From assembly GCA_963777955.1 (NCBI GenBank), contig CAVZSQ010000020.1, positions 1 to 52,083 of the forward strand: 52,083 nt of DNA, in the 5' to 3' direction. Position 1 is the stretch's first letter, and each line of letters starts with the position of its first letter. A program made the translations under genes and the position numbers. The notes under the pieces are model-generated. The model was not told where the DNA came from, did not search any database, and saw only the letters and a program-made list of their open reading frames with translations. The DNA comes from Calditrichia bacterium. Its GTDB lineage: Bacteria; Calditrichota; Calditrichia; JAJRVZ01. Positions 20,539-31,749 of this stretch are shown one piece after another.

Positions 20539-22230
20539 TCAGAAGGTCTGACCTGATATCATTAGAAAATGCTCTACAACGGGACCGAGTGATAAAGCGG
20601 GTAAGAATGTCAGTGCTCCGATGATGATTATGATTGAAAGTAATAAGAATATAAATAATCCGGTATCCGTGCGGAAAGTGCCAGCCGACGGTGGAATAAT
20701 TCTTTTAGCGGCTAAACTACCGGCAATAGCCAGTACAGGTACAATAACGCTAAAGCGTCCGATCAGCATGCCAATTCCCATTAATATGTTGTAGTAAGTA
20801 GTATTGGCATTTAAACCGGCAAAAGCACTGCCGTTATTGCCGGCGGCCGATGAAAAAGCATATAATATTTCACTGAATCCGTGCGGACCTGAGTTTAAAA
20901 TACTTGTTAGACCGGCAGGTGTAAGAACAGAAATGGCTGTAAAAACAAGAATGACAAAACCTGGTGCGAATATCCCAATTATGGCCATTTTCACTTCAAA
21001 GGCATCTATTTTTTTACCCAGATATTCCGGTGTCCGGCCGACTAAAAGTCCGGCAATAAACACGGTTAGTATCACAAAGAGCAGCATTCCGTATAGTCCC
21101 GCTCCTACTCCGCCAAAAATGATTTCACCCAGCATCATATTAAAAATAGTTACGCCTCCAGCCAGCGGTGATAAACTGCTGTGCATGGTATTTACGGATC
21201 CATTAGAAGCACTGCTGGTTGCATCGGCCCATAAAACACTATTGGTAATGCCGAAGCGAAATTCTTTCCCTTCCATAATTCCGGAAACACCAAAAACGTT
21301 ATTGTATGAAAATTCAGAGAGTAATAGAATTGACAGGGTGGTAATGAAAAGAATCAACATGGTGAAAAAAAGTATCCATCCTTGTCGAACCGAATTGACC
21401 ATTTTTCCAAAAGTATATGTTAGGGAGGCTGGAATTAATAAAATTGCCAGCATTTCAAAAAAATTTGATAGTAAAGTAGGATTTTCAAATGGATGTGCAC
21501 TATTGGCGTTGAAAAATCCGCCTCCATTGGTACCTAATTGTTTTATCGCAATCTGTGAAGCAGCGGGTCCGACAGCCAGGGTTTGTTTTGTTCCTTCCAG
21601 CGTTGTTATCTCAGTATAATTCTGGAAGGTCTGTACGACTCCTTGCGAAACCAGGAGCACGGCAAGTATAATACTGAGCGGTAAGAGCAGATAAACAATT
21701 GAACGGATCAAATCGACCCAAAAGGATCCTAGGTCAGCCGAAAGGCGGTTTTTTAGACTGCGTATTAATACCAGCAACACGGCAATGCCGGTGGCAGCGC
21801 TGAGAAAATTCTGTACGGTCAAACCAAGCATCTGTACCAGATAACTTAACGTTGTTTCTCCGGCATAACTTTGCCAGTTGGTGTTGGTCATATAACTGAC
21901 TGCCGTGTTAAAGGCAAGTGCCGGATTAACGTTTTCAAGATATTGAGGATTTAAAGGAAGCCATTTTTGAACCAGTTGCACAATGAAAACAACAACAAAA
22001 CCGAAAAAATTAAAGGTCAATAAGGCAAAGGTATACTCCTTCCAGGTCATCTGCTCATCGGTTCTAACTCCACAGGTTTTAGAGATTAGATTTTCCAGCC
22101 AGTGTAACCATTTTTTTAATTTAAAATCTTCACCAGCGAAAACTTTTGCCATATACTTTCCCAGCAGTGGTGTTAAGATAATCAATATACCGAGAAAGAA
22201 AGCGATCTCGATCAGATCATATATGCTCAT
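20539..22230 (-). CDS. kdpA: K+-transporting ATPase subunit A
   Basis: [42 protein letters not shown]. Confidence 0.97.
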   Translation of the reverse strand: MSIYDLIEIAFFLGILIILTPLLGKYMAKVFAGEDFKLKKWLHWLENLISKTCGVRTDEQMTWKEYTFALLTFNFFGFVVVFIVQLVQKWLPLNPQYLENVNPALAFNTAVSYMTNTNWQSYAGETTLSYLVQMLGLTVQNFLSAATGIAVLLVLIRSLKNRLSADLGSFWVDLIRSIVYLLLPLSIILAVLLVSQGVVQTFQNYTEITTLEGTKQTLAVGPAASQIAIKQLGTNGGGFFNANSAHPFENPTLLSNFFEMLAILLIPASLTYTFGKMVNSVRQGWILFFTMLILFITTLSILLLSEFSYNNVFGVSGIMEGKEFRFGITNSVLWADATSSASNGSVNTMHSSLSPLAGGVTIFNMMLGEIIFGGVGAGLYGMLLFVILTVFIAGLLVGRTPEYLGKKIDAFEVKMAIIGIFAPGFVILVFTAISVLTPAGLTSILNSGPHGFSEILYAFSSAAGNNGSAFAGLNANTTYYNILMGIGMLIGRFSVIVPVLAIAGSLAAKRIIPPSAGTFRTDTGLFIFLLLSIIIIIGALTFLPALSLGPVVEHFLMISGQTF

Positions 22231-22240
22231 ATGAAACCTT

Positions 22241-22321
22241 TTAAAATTTTTCAGGGTTTATTAATGAATAAACTAAATAAATTAAAAGTAAAATTACTAT
22301 TATAACTGCGATTACAGTCAT
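22241..22321 (-). CDS. kdpF: K+-transporting ATPase subunit F (26 aa; not in the ORF track)
   Basis: MTVIAVIIVILLLIYLVYSLINPEKF*, with the KdpF 'YL.Y.L..PE.F' end; AAAGGA RBS; immediately upstream of kdpA. Confidence 0.92.
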   Translation of the reverse strand: MTVIAVIIVILLLIYLVYSLINPEKF

Positions 22322-22364
22322 ATTCGATATCCTTTCTTGTTAATTGGGGAAATATAAAAGGGGA

Positions 22365-22416
22365 ATTATAAAGAAACAGCCAAGATTACTTGCCGAAGTA
22401 TAAAGATTTTATTAAG
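22365..22416 (-). promoter_or_regulatory. Putative kdp promoter with KdpE-type direct repeat
   Basis: Minus strand CTTAATA-aaat-CTTTATA (11-bp period) upstream of a weak -35 and a TATAAT -10 at 22370-22365. Confidence 0.5.
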
Positions 22417-22620
22417 ATTAATTAACAATGGAACTGCAGCCTCGAAAGTTTCGGCTACCGGGCTAATGGGTGTTTTTGATACACACTTGGATGATTTAAT
22501 ACAAAATAAGCGTTATTATATATTGTAGGCAACAGTTCCGAAAAATTTTCGTACCTATCACTCATAATGAATTGCAACTATCACCGGGATCATTGACGAT
22601 TTGGAAACAAGATAAACAAT

Positions 22621-23010
22621 ATGGCAATACAGTTTAAAGTCCTTCCACAGGACGAGTATCTTTATATAAAGTCGGAAGGGATAGATGAAAATCTCGCTGA
22701 GCATAAAAAGTATAATCTCGAGATGTACCAATCTATTAAGCAATATCCATTCGACCGGATTCTGGTGGATGAACAGGATGTGACCTATAGTAACACTTTA
22801 ATGGATATGTATGATCTGGCGCATTTCTATGATAAGGAAATGCCGGTTGAAGCCAGGCTTTTACGCCTGGCGCTGGTGGTCAGGGAAAAATATGAAAAAC
22901 TGGCTTCCTTCTGGGAAGTGGTCTGCCAGAACCTGGGCTACCAGTTTAAAGTCTTCTTTTCTATCGAAAATGCAAAATCCTGGTTGTTGGATAAAAAAAC
23001 CGAAAAATAA
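22621..23010 (+). CDS. Hypothetical protein, SpoIIAA/STAS-like
   Basis: 'RILVD..RLALVV..FWEVVCQNLGYQFKVFFSIENAKSWL' pattern. Confidence 0.6.
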   Translation: MAIQFKVLPQDEYLYIKSEGIDENLAEHKKYNLEMYQSIKQYPFDRILVDEQDVTYSNTLMDMYDLAHFYDKEMPVEARLLRLALVVREKYEKLASFWEVVCQNLGYQFKVFFSIENAKSWLLDKKTEK

Positions 23011-23149
23011 TTTCCTCCTAATTTTACCGCATGTAAAGTATTTTTTCAACAGCAAAAATTAAATATATTAAAATATTTTATTGTAACTTTAATCCGGCCG
23101 GGTGGGAAACCAGACACTTGCAGCATAGAAACTAATTGGAGGCATATAT

Positions 23150-23584
23150 ATGCCGGTCCAAACTAACCTGATGAAACCTTTTGAGTTTTTAATCGGAAAC
23201 TGGGAACTGGATTACACCATTCCGCAAAGCAGTTTTCATGCAGCCGCGACCGAAAAAGGGGCTGGAACTTTCAGCCGGGTATTAAATGAACGTTATGTGG
23301 TTTTTGATTACACAACGGAGAGCGGTGGAGCCGCACATGGAATTTTCGGCTGGGATGATAAGATCCAGTTGTACCGTTACTGGTGGTTCGAAAACAGCGG
23401 AGCCTTTTTGACGGCAACCTGCAAGTTTATTAACGACAACACTCTGTATATGCAATGGCATGACTCTTTGTTTGTTCAAACCTTCACTAAAATTAATACC
23501 AGTACCGTCAGGCTGCGGATGGAACTGCCTGATGCTCAGGGTAAATATGAATTGATTATGGAAGTAATACTCAGGCGAAAATAA
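23150..23584 (+). CDS. Hypothetical beta-barrel protein (DUF1579-like)
   Basis: GGAGG RBS; 'FLIGNW..GIFGWD....YRYWWFENSG'. Confidence 0.6.
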   Translation: MPVQTNLMKPFEFLIGNWELDYTIPQSSFHAAATEKGAGTFSRVLNERYVVFDYTTESGGAAHGIFGWDDKIQLYRYWWFENSGAFLTATCKFINDNTLYMQWHDSLFVQTFTKINTSTVRLRMELPDAQGKYELIMEVILRRK

Positions 23585-23626
23585 ACGGGCAGGGTTCTGC
23601 AGGTCTGACTGGCAATAAAATTTAGA

Positions 23627-24136
23627 TTGGGAGAACGGTTGAATAAAAACGAAGTATATGCATTAAAAATCTTCGCATTACTGGGATTATTGATCAGCAT
23701 TGCTGTAAATGTCTATCTGGTCTATGGACCGTTTACCGGCCTGGTCAACAGGGGTAATACGTTCCATATCAAATTGATTATCGCTGTAACGATACTGGTA
23801 CAAATGCTCTCGGCCATTCTGACAGCCGTGGGATTCGCGCGGGTGATGATCACGTTAAAAGGGAATATGTTCTTTTATATCCCCGCCGGAGCACTGGTTG
23901 GCGCTATTGCAGCCGGGCTGTCTTTCGGTCTGACCGTAGCCACGATGTTCATAATAGCGGTCCCGCTCAAAGCCATTTCATTTTCTATTTTAGATATGAA
24001 TACCTGGCCCTGGTGGAAGATATTCGGGTCGATCTTTATCAATGCTGCTATTTTCGGAGCTGCCGCCGGCATACCGCTAGGGGCTACAGGCGTGCTGGTG
24101 TTAAACTGGATTTTAAAGCGGAATATAGATTACTAG
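23627..24136 (+). CDS. Hypothetical membrane protein
   Basis: Four hydrophobic Gly/Ala-rich helices; start uncertain. Confidence 0.65.
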   Translation: MGERLNKNEVYALKIFALLGLLISIAVNVYLVYGPFTGLVNRGNTFHIKLIIAVTILVQMLSAILTAVGFARVMITLKGNMFFYIPAGALVGAIAAGLSFGLTVATMFIIAVPLKAISFSILDMNTWPWWKIFGSIFINAAIFGAAAGIPLGATGVLVLNWILKRNIDY

Positions 24137-24200
24137 TCTTATGCAGCATAACCTTGCCGAAAAAGGCAGGAATAATATAAGGCTGAATAATACGTTAGAA

Positions 24201-25518
24201 ATGGGTAGCAAGCAAAGCAGTAGAATCCCGCGTAATATTATCATACTTGGTATCGTCAGTTTGCTGACCGACGCAGCAACTGAAATGATCTATCCCCTTA
24301 TTCCAATTTTCGTAGCGGCCCTGGGTTCCGGTGCTTTAATGCTGGGGGTCATCGAAGGGGTGGCTGAAACCACAGCCGCCCTGCTAAAACTGGCTAGCGG
24401 AATCATTTCGGACCGGATACGCAAGCGCAAAATGCTGGTAGTGATCGGTTATACTATTTCCTCATTAATCCGGCCTTTTACCGGTCTGGTGGCGAATGCC
24501 TGGCAGATTGTAGTGATCCGGATGCTGGATCGTGTCGGCAAAGGTATCCGGACAGCCCCCCGCGATGCCCTGATTGCCCTGTCGGTGGACGAGAAGATTC
24601 GCGGCAAAGCTTACGGATTCCACCGGGCGATGGACCATACCGGTGCGATTATCGGACCGGTTCTGGCCATCGGCACATTGATCTTTTTAATCCTGGCCTT
24701 AGGAATGACCGATCTGGTAAGGGTTCTGCGCTGGACATTTATTCTGGCCTTGGTTCCCGGGCTTATTTGCCGTGTTCACGCTTATTGTTTTTTTAAAAGA
24801 AAAGAAGGAGGACTTCGATCCGGATAAGAAATTTCGGTTCTCCCTCCGGCAATTTGACCGGAATTTCCTGGCCTATCTGTCGGTCGTGCTTATATTCACT
24901 CTGGGAAATTCTTCCGATGCTTTCATGTTATTCAGAGTTGAAGAGGCTATTCAGGCCAGCGGCGCTTTCTATTCGATTATAATGAAAACTCCGCTGGTGG
25001 GGGATCTGGTTAAGCGCAGCGGTGATATTCAATTTCAACAGCAACTGATAAATATCCTTTTCCTGCCGCTGATCTGGGCATTTTTTCATATTTTAAAAGC
25101 CGTTTTTTCCACACCGCTCGGCAGCTGGTCGGATAAAATAGGGCGCAAGACTTTGATTAATATCGGCTGGAGTATATATGCCCTGGTCTATCTGTCCTTT
25201 GCCCTGCTGGACCGGCTGCCGGTTCATTGGCAAATACCGGCAACTTTCATTTTGTTTGCCAGCTATGCCCTGTACTATGCATTTTGTGAAGGGGCAGAAA
25301 AGGCCCTGGTGGCTGATATCGTCAGACCGGATGTCCTGGGCAGTGCCTTCGGCATGTATAACTTTACGGTAGGTCTGGCGGCACTGCCGGCGAGCGTTAT
25401 TTTCGGTATTTTGTATAAAAATTTTGGGGCAACAATTGCTTTTGGCAGTGGAGCAGTAATTGCTTTTATGGCTATGGTAATGTTAACGGTTGCGGTGAAG
25501 AATAAAAATAATCCATGA
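24201..25518 (+). CDS. MFS transporter; one indel near 24770
   Basis: SLLTDAATEMIYPLIP; DRVGKGIRTAPRDALI; GFHRAMDHTGA; LGNSSDAF; the two ORFs join. Confidence 0.9.
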
Positions 25519-25640
25519 CGATCTCACGATAAAGAGAGCGCAATTATCTAGCTTGTTTTGTTCGCAAAAATGATTTAGAATTCCAACTTATATTTAAATA
25601 ACCCCAATATCTACTAGATCCTGAAGGAGTAAAATATCTG

Positions 25641-27146
25641 ATGTTCAAACAACTTTTCGCCAGAAAACCTTACGAGTTACTTTTAGAAGAAATGAAAGGG
25701 GAGAATCGTTTACGGCGGGTATTAGGACCTATTTCACTTACGAGTTTAGGCGTTGGCGCGATAATCGGAACCGGAATTTTTGTATTAACCGGTATTGCGG
25801 CGCATGACCGCACCGGTCCGGCGCTGATCCTTTCCTTTGGGGTTTCCGGTATGGCCTGCATTTTTGCAGCCTTATGCTATGCTGAATTTGCCTCCATGGT
25901 ACCCGTGGCTGGTTCGGCGTACACGTATGCCTATGCTACTCTTGGTGAATTATTCGGCTGGATCATCGGCTGGGATCTGGTGCTGGAATATGCAGTCAGT
26001 TCATCGACGGTCGCTCATGGTTGGTCGGCACACTTTCAGGATTTATTGAAGTCGGTGGGAATTTATGTTCCGCATATTTTATCGGGTGCCCCTTTTGATT
26101 TTGATCCGGCCTCAGGAGTTTTTTTGATGACCGGGACCTATTTTGATCTGCCGGCCATCCTTATTACCGCGATTATTACCATCGTTTTAGTGCTGGGTAT
26201 TAAAGAAAGTGCCACCTTTAATACCACTATGGTCATAATCAAGTTGACCATCGTTTTGTTCGTAATTGTGGTCGGTATTTTTTATATCAATCCTGATAAC
26301 TGGAAACCATTTGCTCCATTTGGTTACTCCGGATTGAGTTTTTTTGGAAAACCAATCTGGGGTGAAGCGGGACCAGGGGGTATTCCTGTCGGCATGCTGG
26401 CCGGTGCGGCGATTATTTTCTTCGCCTATATTGGATTTGATTCTGTCTCCACCCATGCCGAAGAAGCTAAGCGACCCCAGCGGGATGTACCGATCGGGAT
26501 TATTTTGTCGTTAATAATATGTACTATTCTCTATATTGCCGTGTCGGCTGTTCTTACCGGAATGATCCCGTCCGATCAGATTGATATCAATGCTCCGGTA
26601 GCGAATGCATTTGCTCAAAAGGGATTAACCTGGGCCCGGCGATTGATAGATATCGGAGCCATCACCGGTATCACCTCTGTTCTTTTGGTGATGATGCTCA
26701 GCCAGCCCCGGGTCATGCTGGCCATGGCCCGTGATGGCATGGTGCCCGCCAGTTTTTTCGGGGCGGTACATAACAAATTCCGCACTCCCTGGAAATCAAC
26801 CATTCTCACCGGTATTTTTGTTGGTTCGATGGCTGCCTTTATACCCCTGCGCATTCTGGCTGAAATGGCCAATATCGGGACGTTGTTAGCTTTTGTGATT
26901 GTCTGTGCTGCTGTATTGATTATGCGCAAAACTCATCCCCAGGTGCCGCGACCCTTCCGTGCGCCCTTCGTTCCATTTGTACCGGTCATGGGAATACTTT
27001 CCTGTCTGGTGTTAATGTTTTCGTTACCTGTTGAAAACTGGTGGCGGTTGATGATTTGGTTGGGGATTGGATTGCTGATTTATTTTGGCTATAGCCGGCG
27101 GCATAGTGTAGTGGCGCAATTAAGAAATAAAAATTTATCGAAATGA
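25641..27146 (+). CDS. Amino acid permease (APC superfamily, CAT-like)
   Basis: GVGAIIGTGIFV; YAEFASMVPVAGSAYTY; FFAYIGFD. Confidence 0.93.
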   Translation: MFKQLFARKPYELLLEEMKGENRLRRVLGPISLTSLGVGAIIGTGIFVLTGIAAHDRTGPALILSFGVSGMACIFAALCYAEFASMVPVAGSAYTYAYATLGELFGWIIGWDLVLEYAVSSSTVAHGWSAHFQDLLKSVGIYVPHILSGAPFDFDPASGVFLMTGTYFDLPAILITAIITIVLVLGIKESATFNTTMVIIKLTIVLFVIVVGIFYINPDNWKPFAPFGYSGLSFFGKPIWGEAGPGGIPVGMLAGAAIIFFAYIGFDSVSTHAEEAKRPQRDVPIGIILSLIICTILYIAVSAVLTGMIPSDQIDINAPVANAFAQKGLTWARRLIDIGAITGITSVLLVMMLSQPRVMLAMARDGMVPASFFGAVHNKFRTPWKSTILTGIFVGSMAAFIPLRILAEMANIGTLLAFVIVCAAVLIMRKTHPQVPRPFRAPFVPFVPVMGILSCLVLMFSLPVENWWRLMIWLGIGLLIYFGYSRRHSVVAQLRNKNLSK

Positions 27147-27153
27147 AAAATTT

Positions 27154-28632
27154 ATGAATAAAAATACCCGCGAATTCAGGCGTGAATTAAATCTGATTGA
27201 CTCCACCATGATTGTGGCGGGATCGATGATCGGATCGGGTATCTTCATTGTCAGTGCGGATATCGCCCGCACAGTAGGGGCTCCGGCATATGTATTGCTG
27301 GTCTGGATCATTACGGGCCTGCTGACCATAGTTGGGGCTTTGAGTTACGGCGAACTGGCGGGCATGATGCCGCAGGCCGGAGGGCAATATGTGTACCTGC
27401 GTGAAGCCTACAATCCACTCATTGCCTTTTTATATGGCTGGACTTTTTTTATGGTTATTCAAACAGGTACGATTGCTGCGGTCGCGGTGGCATTTGCCAA
27501 ATTCACCGCAGTAATTCTCCCCTGGTTCAGTGAGAATCATATCCTGATAAATTCAGGGGTGCTGAATATTTCCGCGGCGCAATTTCTGGCCATCAGCAGT
27601 ATAGGTCTGCTGACATATTTGAATTCACTCGGTTTGCAACAGGGGAAAACAGTTCAAAATATTTTTACTGCGGCGAAAATTACTGTGCTGGCTGGTCTCA
27701 TTCTGGTTGGATTCATTGCAGGCTGGAATGCCGAGGCCATTGCCGCCAACGGATCCATTTTCTGGAAGGGCAGCTGGACGCATATATCCGCGGGGAAAAT
27801 AATCTCGATCGAAAATCTTTCCGGCCTGGCCTTGCTGCCGGCGCTCGGGGTGGCCATGGTGGGTTCTTTGTTTTCCAGCGATGCCTGGAATAATATTACT
27901 TTTACGGCCGGTGAAGTGGTAAATCCCAGGCGCACTATACCGCGCAGTCTGATATTAGGGACAGGCCTGGTAACGCTTCTTTACGTAATGGTCAACATTG
28001 TTTATCTGCTGATTCTGCCGGTCACGGGATCTCCTGAGGCAGCAGATATTATGGGGCAGGGAATTCAGTTTGCCGTGGCAGACCGGGTTGGGATTGCTGC
28101 CGGCAGCATGATCTATGGCAGCGCAGCAGCCGTCATTATGGCCATCTTGATCATGATTTCAACCTTTGGCTGCAACAATGGTTTGATACTGGCCGGTGCA
28201 CGGGTCTACTATGCCATGGCCAGGGATCGACTTTTTTTTAATAAGGCCGGTAATCTGAATAAAAAAGCAGTACCGGGGAACGCCCTGGTAGTGCAGGGAA
28301 TCTGGGCCAGCATACTCTGCCTTTCGGGAACCTACGGGGATTTACTCGACTACGTGATCTTCGCTGTTTTGATTTTTTATATTTTGACTGTAGCCGGAAT
28401 TTACCGGTTGCGAAAAAAACGGCCGGATGTCCAAAGGCCGTACCGCGCTTATGGTTATCCCCTGCTGCCCGCCTTGTATATCCTGCTGGCCGGCGCTATC
28501 TCACTTGATTTGTTGATCTTCAAGCCTGCCTTTACCTGGCCGGGTTTGATCATCGTAGTACTGGGTATCCCTGTTTACTATTTATGGAAAACCTTTCAAA
28601 AGAAGTCTACCCCTCCACTGCAGCAGAATTAA
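27154..28632 (+). CDS. Amino acid permease (APC superfamily, LAT-like)
   Basis: GSMIGSGIF; YGELAGMMPQAGGQYVYL; RPYRAYGYP. Confidence 0.93.
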   Translation: MNKNTREFRRELNLIDSTMIVAGSMIGSGIFIVSADIARTVGAPAYVLLVWIITGLLTIVGALSYGELAGMMPQAGGQYVYLREAYNPLIAFLYGWTFFMVIQTGTIAAVAVAFAKFTAVILPWFSENHILINSGVLNISAAQFLAISSIGLLTYLNSLGLQQGKTVQNIFTAAKITVLAGLILVGFIAGWNAEAIAANGSIFWKGSWTHISAGKIISIENLSGLALLPALGVAMVGSLFSSDAWNNITFTAGEVVNPRRTIPRSLILGTGLVTLLYVMVNIVYLLILPVTGSPEAADIMGQGIQFAVADRVGIAAGSMIYGSAAAVIMAILIMISTFGCNNGLILAGARVYYAMARDRLFFNKAGNLNKKAVPGNALVVQGIWASILCLSGTYGDLLDYVIFAVLIFYILTVAGIYRLRKKRPDVQRPYRAYGYPLLPALYILLAGAISLDLLIFKPAFTWPGLIIVVLGIPVYYLWKTFQKKSTPPLQQN

Positions 28633-28688
28633 TCGGCTAGAATTCAGCTGAAGGCAGAATAAAAATAATGGTTTTCATAATATTCTCC

Positions 28689-28717
28689 TTGCGCGTGGTA
28701 TATTAGATGTTTATATT
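28689..28717 (+). promoter_or_regulatory. Putative sigma70 promoter of the Rrf2 gene
   Basis: TTGCGC-N17-TATATT followed by a GGAGG RBS and the TTG start at 28736. Confidence 0.45.
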
Positions 28718-28735
28718 CTACCTGGAGGTAGTAAT

Positions 28736-29236
28736 TTGAGATTAAGCAAGACCAGCGAATATGCAATCCAGGTGATGTGCCGCCTGGTAACTGAAGCAGG
28801 GCAGGTTTGCTCGGTAAACCGGTTGCACCACGAACTGGATCTGCCCTATAAATATTTAGGGCGCCTGATGCACCGGTTGGCTGAGGCCCGGCTGGTCGAA
28901 ACGCTAAAAGGCAAGCAGGGCGGCTACCGCCTGACCCGTCTGGCCAAACAAATATACCTCTATGAGATCATCGGCGCCGTCGAAGGTCTGGAAAATTTTC
29001 AGCGCTGTATCCTGGGATTGCCTGCGTGCTCCAGTGAAAATCCCTGCGCCCTGCATGAACACTGGATGAAAATGCGGGAGAATATGCAGGAGTTGATTTA
29101 TAATGTGACGCTGGGGGATTTGCTAAGTAAAGGGACAAAGGTCGGAGGTCAGAGACCGGAGACCTGCCGTAAGGCAGGGACAAAGGGACAAAGGGACAAA
29201 GGGACAAAGGGACAAAGAGACAAAAATAAAGATTAA
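28736..29236 (+). CDS. Rrf2-family Fe-S transcriptional regulator; C-terminal tail runs through a tandem repeat
   Basis: LSKTSEYAI; KGKQGGYRL; CILGLPACSSENPCALHEHW (three Cys). Confidence 0.9.
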   Translation: MRLSKTSEYAIQVMCRLVTEAGQVCSVNRLHHELDLPYKYLGRLMHRLAEARLVETLKGKQGGYRLTRLAKQIYLYEIIGAVEGLENFQRCILGLPACSSENPCALHEHWMKMRENMQELIYNVTLGDLLSKGTKVGGQRPETCRKAGTKGQRDKGTKGQRDKNKD

Positions 29237-29345
29237 AGATTTAAGATTTAAGAATCAAAGATTATAAGAAGTAATGATGCCGGAGGTATCAGATATTTGT
29301 AGCAAAAAAAACCTCCAAAAATTCGACGACCCCGTAGGGGTCGAA
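29131..29345. repeat. Composite repeat: (AGGGACAA)x5+1 at 29176-29223, AAGATT-type heptamers and palindromes
   Basis: Direct reading; includes CCTGCC-GTAA-GGCAGG, GATGCCGGAGGTATC and CGACCCCGTAGGGGTCG; same layout at 42980-43155. Confidence 0.8.
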
Positions 29346-29466
29346 TAGTCTGGTAAAGCATTATGAATAATTAATAGGAAAAATACAAAAACTCAAGATT
29401 TAAGGGACTAAGGTACTCAGGAACTCAGGGACTTTTAGTACATACCAATTAACATTAAGGACTAAA

Positions 29467-30714
29467 ATGAGCGAAATAATAGATAACCGTCAGCAGCGAA
29501 TTGAGATCATGAAATCACTGATCCGGCAATTGCATAATGGTGTGGCCGAAGAAAAAGTACGCCAGCAGTTTGAAACCATTCTGGATGAAGCTGAATATGC
29601 GGATGTATTTCTGATGGAAATGCAACTTATTCAGGAGGGGATGCCAAGAGAAGCCATCCAGGACTTGTGCGATACCCACACCCGTGTCCTGAAAAAGCAT
29701 CTGGATCAGCAGGAAACACCGCAAACCATTCCCGGCCATCCGGTGCATACCTTTATAGCGGAGAATAAATCTTTAATAAGAACTGTCAACCTGGTTCGTT
29801 TACTGGGTGCTGAACTGGATAAAATGCCGGACCAGGCTGAAGCCCTGTCTAAACTGCAGCAGATCCAGACCCATTTAAATGAATTGATGGATGTAGACAA
29901 GCATTACCGTCGCAAGGAATATCTGCTTTTTCCTTACTTCGAAAAGAAAAATATGCCAGGTCCGCCGGCAGTCATGTGGGGAAAACATGATGAAGTGCGT
30001 GAATTTCTGAAAGAAACAATCAACGGCTTAGTCCAGATTAAAAACATAGCGGCCAGCGAAGCCAGGGCTTACTGGCAACTGGCTATTTTACCGGCTGTGA
30101 CTGCGATCGAAGATATGATTTATAAGGAAGAAAAAATATTATTTCCCACGGCGCTTGAGCTGTTAACGGAACAGGAATGGTATGAAATCTATATCCAGGG
30201 CGATGAGATTGGTTATTGCCTGTACGTACCTGAATTTACCTGGCAACCGGAGAATATTCCGCCTGAACAGCTGAAAAACTCACGGTCTATAACGGACCGT
30301 ATCCAGATGCCGACGGGTTCATTCGGCTTGGCCGAGTTGATCAGCGTTTTTAAAACACTACCGGTAGATTTAACCTTTGTCGATAAAGACGACGTGGTGC
30401 GCTATTTCAGTCCCGGTGAAAAACGCATCTTTGACCGCACCCGTGCCATCCTCGGCCGTAAAGTACAGTACTGTCATCCTCCCAAAAGCGTACATATTGT
30501 AAACAAGATACTCAGCGATTTTAAAGACGGTAAACAGGATACAGCCAAATTCTGGATCAATCTCGGCGGTAAATTTATACATATAGCCTATCACGCCTTG
30601 CATGATGATCAGGGACAATATGCCGGTACGCTGGAAGTAACCCAGGATTTGACCGAACTCCGCCAGTTACAGGGCGAACGCCGGCTTTTAAAATATGAAC
30701 AAGAAAATAACTAA
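29467..30714 (+). CDS. DUF438 + hemerythrin-like + PAS domain protein
   Basis: PGHPVHTF..EN; HYRRKEYLLFP..VMWGKHDE..MIYKEEKILFP; TLPVDLTFVD..GRKVQYCHPPKS. Confidence 0.88.
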   Translation: MSEIIDNRQQRIEIMKSLIRQLHNGVAEEKVRQQFETILDEAEYADVFLMEMQLIQEGMPREAIQDLCDTHTRVLKKHLDQQETPQTIPGHPVHTFIAENKSLIRTVNLVRLLGAELDKMPDQAEALSKLQQIQTHLNELMDVDKHYRRKEYLLFPYFEKKNMPGPPAVMWGKHDEVREFLKETINGLVQIKNIAASEARAYWQLAILPAVTAIEDMIYKEEKILFPTALELLTEQEWYEIYIQGDEIGYCLYVPEFTWQPENIPPEQLKNSRSITDRIQMPTGSFGLAELISVFKTLPVDLTFVDKDDVVRYFSPGEKRIFDRTRAILGRKVQYCHPPKSVHIVNKILSDFKDGKQDTAKFWINLGGKFIHIAYHALHDDQGQYAGTLEVTQDLTELRQLQGERRLLKYEQENN

Positions 30715-30726
30715 TCATGGAGAAGT

Positions 30727-31248
30727 ATGGAAATTACGGCCAAAACAAAAATTGCCGATCTGCTGGCAGCATATCCAAACCTGGAAGAGCAGATCATGAA
30801 TATTGCACCCCCTTTTAAAAATCTTACCAATCCTGTTTTACGCCGCACCGTGGGTAAACTGGCCGACCTGGAAAAGGCAGCAAAGATCGGCGGGGTGCAG
30901 GTGCTGGCACTGGTAAATACTCTGCGGGCAGCTGTGGGACAAGTTGAGTTACAGGGTGCAACGGAAACAGTGAAAGTTTCGCTGGAAAATATCCCGGCGT
31001 GGATAACGGGCGAACCGGCTTATATCGTCGATGGTGTGGAGATGCTGAACGAAGGTGTGCATCCCCTGAACAAGATAAACGAATTAATGCAATCAATACC
31101 GGCCGGGACTTATCTGGTTCTGTACACCAACTTTAAACCCCTGCCGCTGATCGAAGCCATGGAAAAACAAGATTATCTGGTCTATCATAAAACTGAAACA
31201 AAGGATGAACAGAAACATTTTACATTCATCGGTAAAGCATTGAAATAG
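30727..31248 (+). CDS. DUF1858 + DUF2249-like domain protein
   Basis: 'IT..TKIADLL..YP.L...FKNL.NPVLRRTV' N-terminal domain; 'HPL..I......F.PLPLI' C-terminal domain. Confidence 0.7.
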   Translation: MEITAKTKIADLLAAYPNLEEQIMNIAPPFKNLTNPVLRRTVGKLADLEKAAKIGGVQVLALVNTLRAAVGQVELQGATETVKVSLENIPAWITGEPAYIVDGVEMLNEGVHPLNKINELMQSIPAGTYLVLYTNFKPLPLIEAMEKQDYLVYHKTETKDEQKHFTFIGKALK

Positions 31249-31269
31249 CAGACTGGCGGAGATCAAGAA

Positions 31270-31749
31270 ATGAAACGAGGCGATGAACTTACACCCCTTT
31301 CCTGGGATCATCATCATGGATTGGTGCTGGCTTTCCGGCTGAAACGGGGCTTGAATAAAAATGCCGATGGTACGATCATGGCCGCTTACGTCATGCAGGC
31401 CTGGGAAAAGAGTTTAGAGCCGCATTTCAACAAGGAAGAAAAATACCTGATTGAAGCGCTGGAAAAACATTCCAAAAGTGCTGATCTCCTGATCAGGCAG
31501 TTGAAACGGGATCACCAGTTTTTCAGAAATTTGATAACTAAAATCGGGACAAAAAATAGCAATTTAAAGTCTTATCTGCAGGAATTTGCCGAAGCGTTGG
31601 AAAAACATATCCGCTTTGAAGAACGGGAATTTTTTCCCGCGGTTGAAAAACAGGTGCCGCTGAAACAGTTGCAGATTATCGGCAAGTCTATCCATGATTT
31701 GCATCAACCCGTCGATATGTGCTGGACGCCGGAATTCTGGCAGGGATGA
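31270..31749 (+). CDS. Hemerythrin-domain protein
   Basis: MKR..LTPLSWDHHHGL; HFNKEE; DH; HIRFEEREFFP. Confidence 0.85.
   Translation: MKRGDELTPLSWDHHHGLVLAFRLKRGLNKNADGTIMAAYVMQAWEKSLEPHFNKEEKYLIEALEKHSKSADLLIRQLKRDHQFFRNLITKIGTKNSNLKSYLQEFAEALEKHIRFEEREFFPAVEKQVPLKQLQIIGKSIHDLHQPVDMCWTPEFWQG

Noticed and set aside
20804..21619. 271-aa plus-strand ORF and similar antisense ORFs (e.g. 6418-7056, 10522-11064, 46654-47677)
   Set aside because: They are shadows of well-supported genes on the opposite strand and carry no motifs of their own.
22322..22620. c-di-AMP riboswitch upstream of kdp
   Set aside because: No recognisable conserved motifs; the leader is short and AT-rich, and KdpDE is present.
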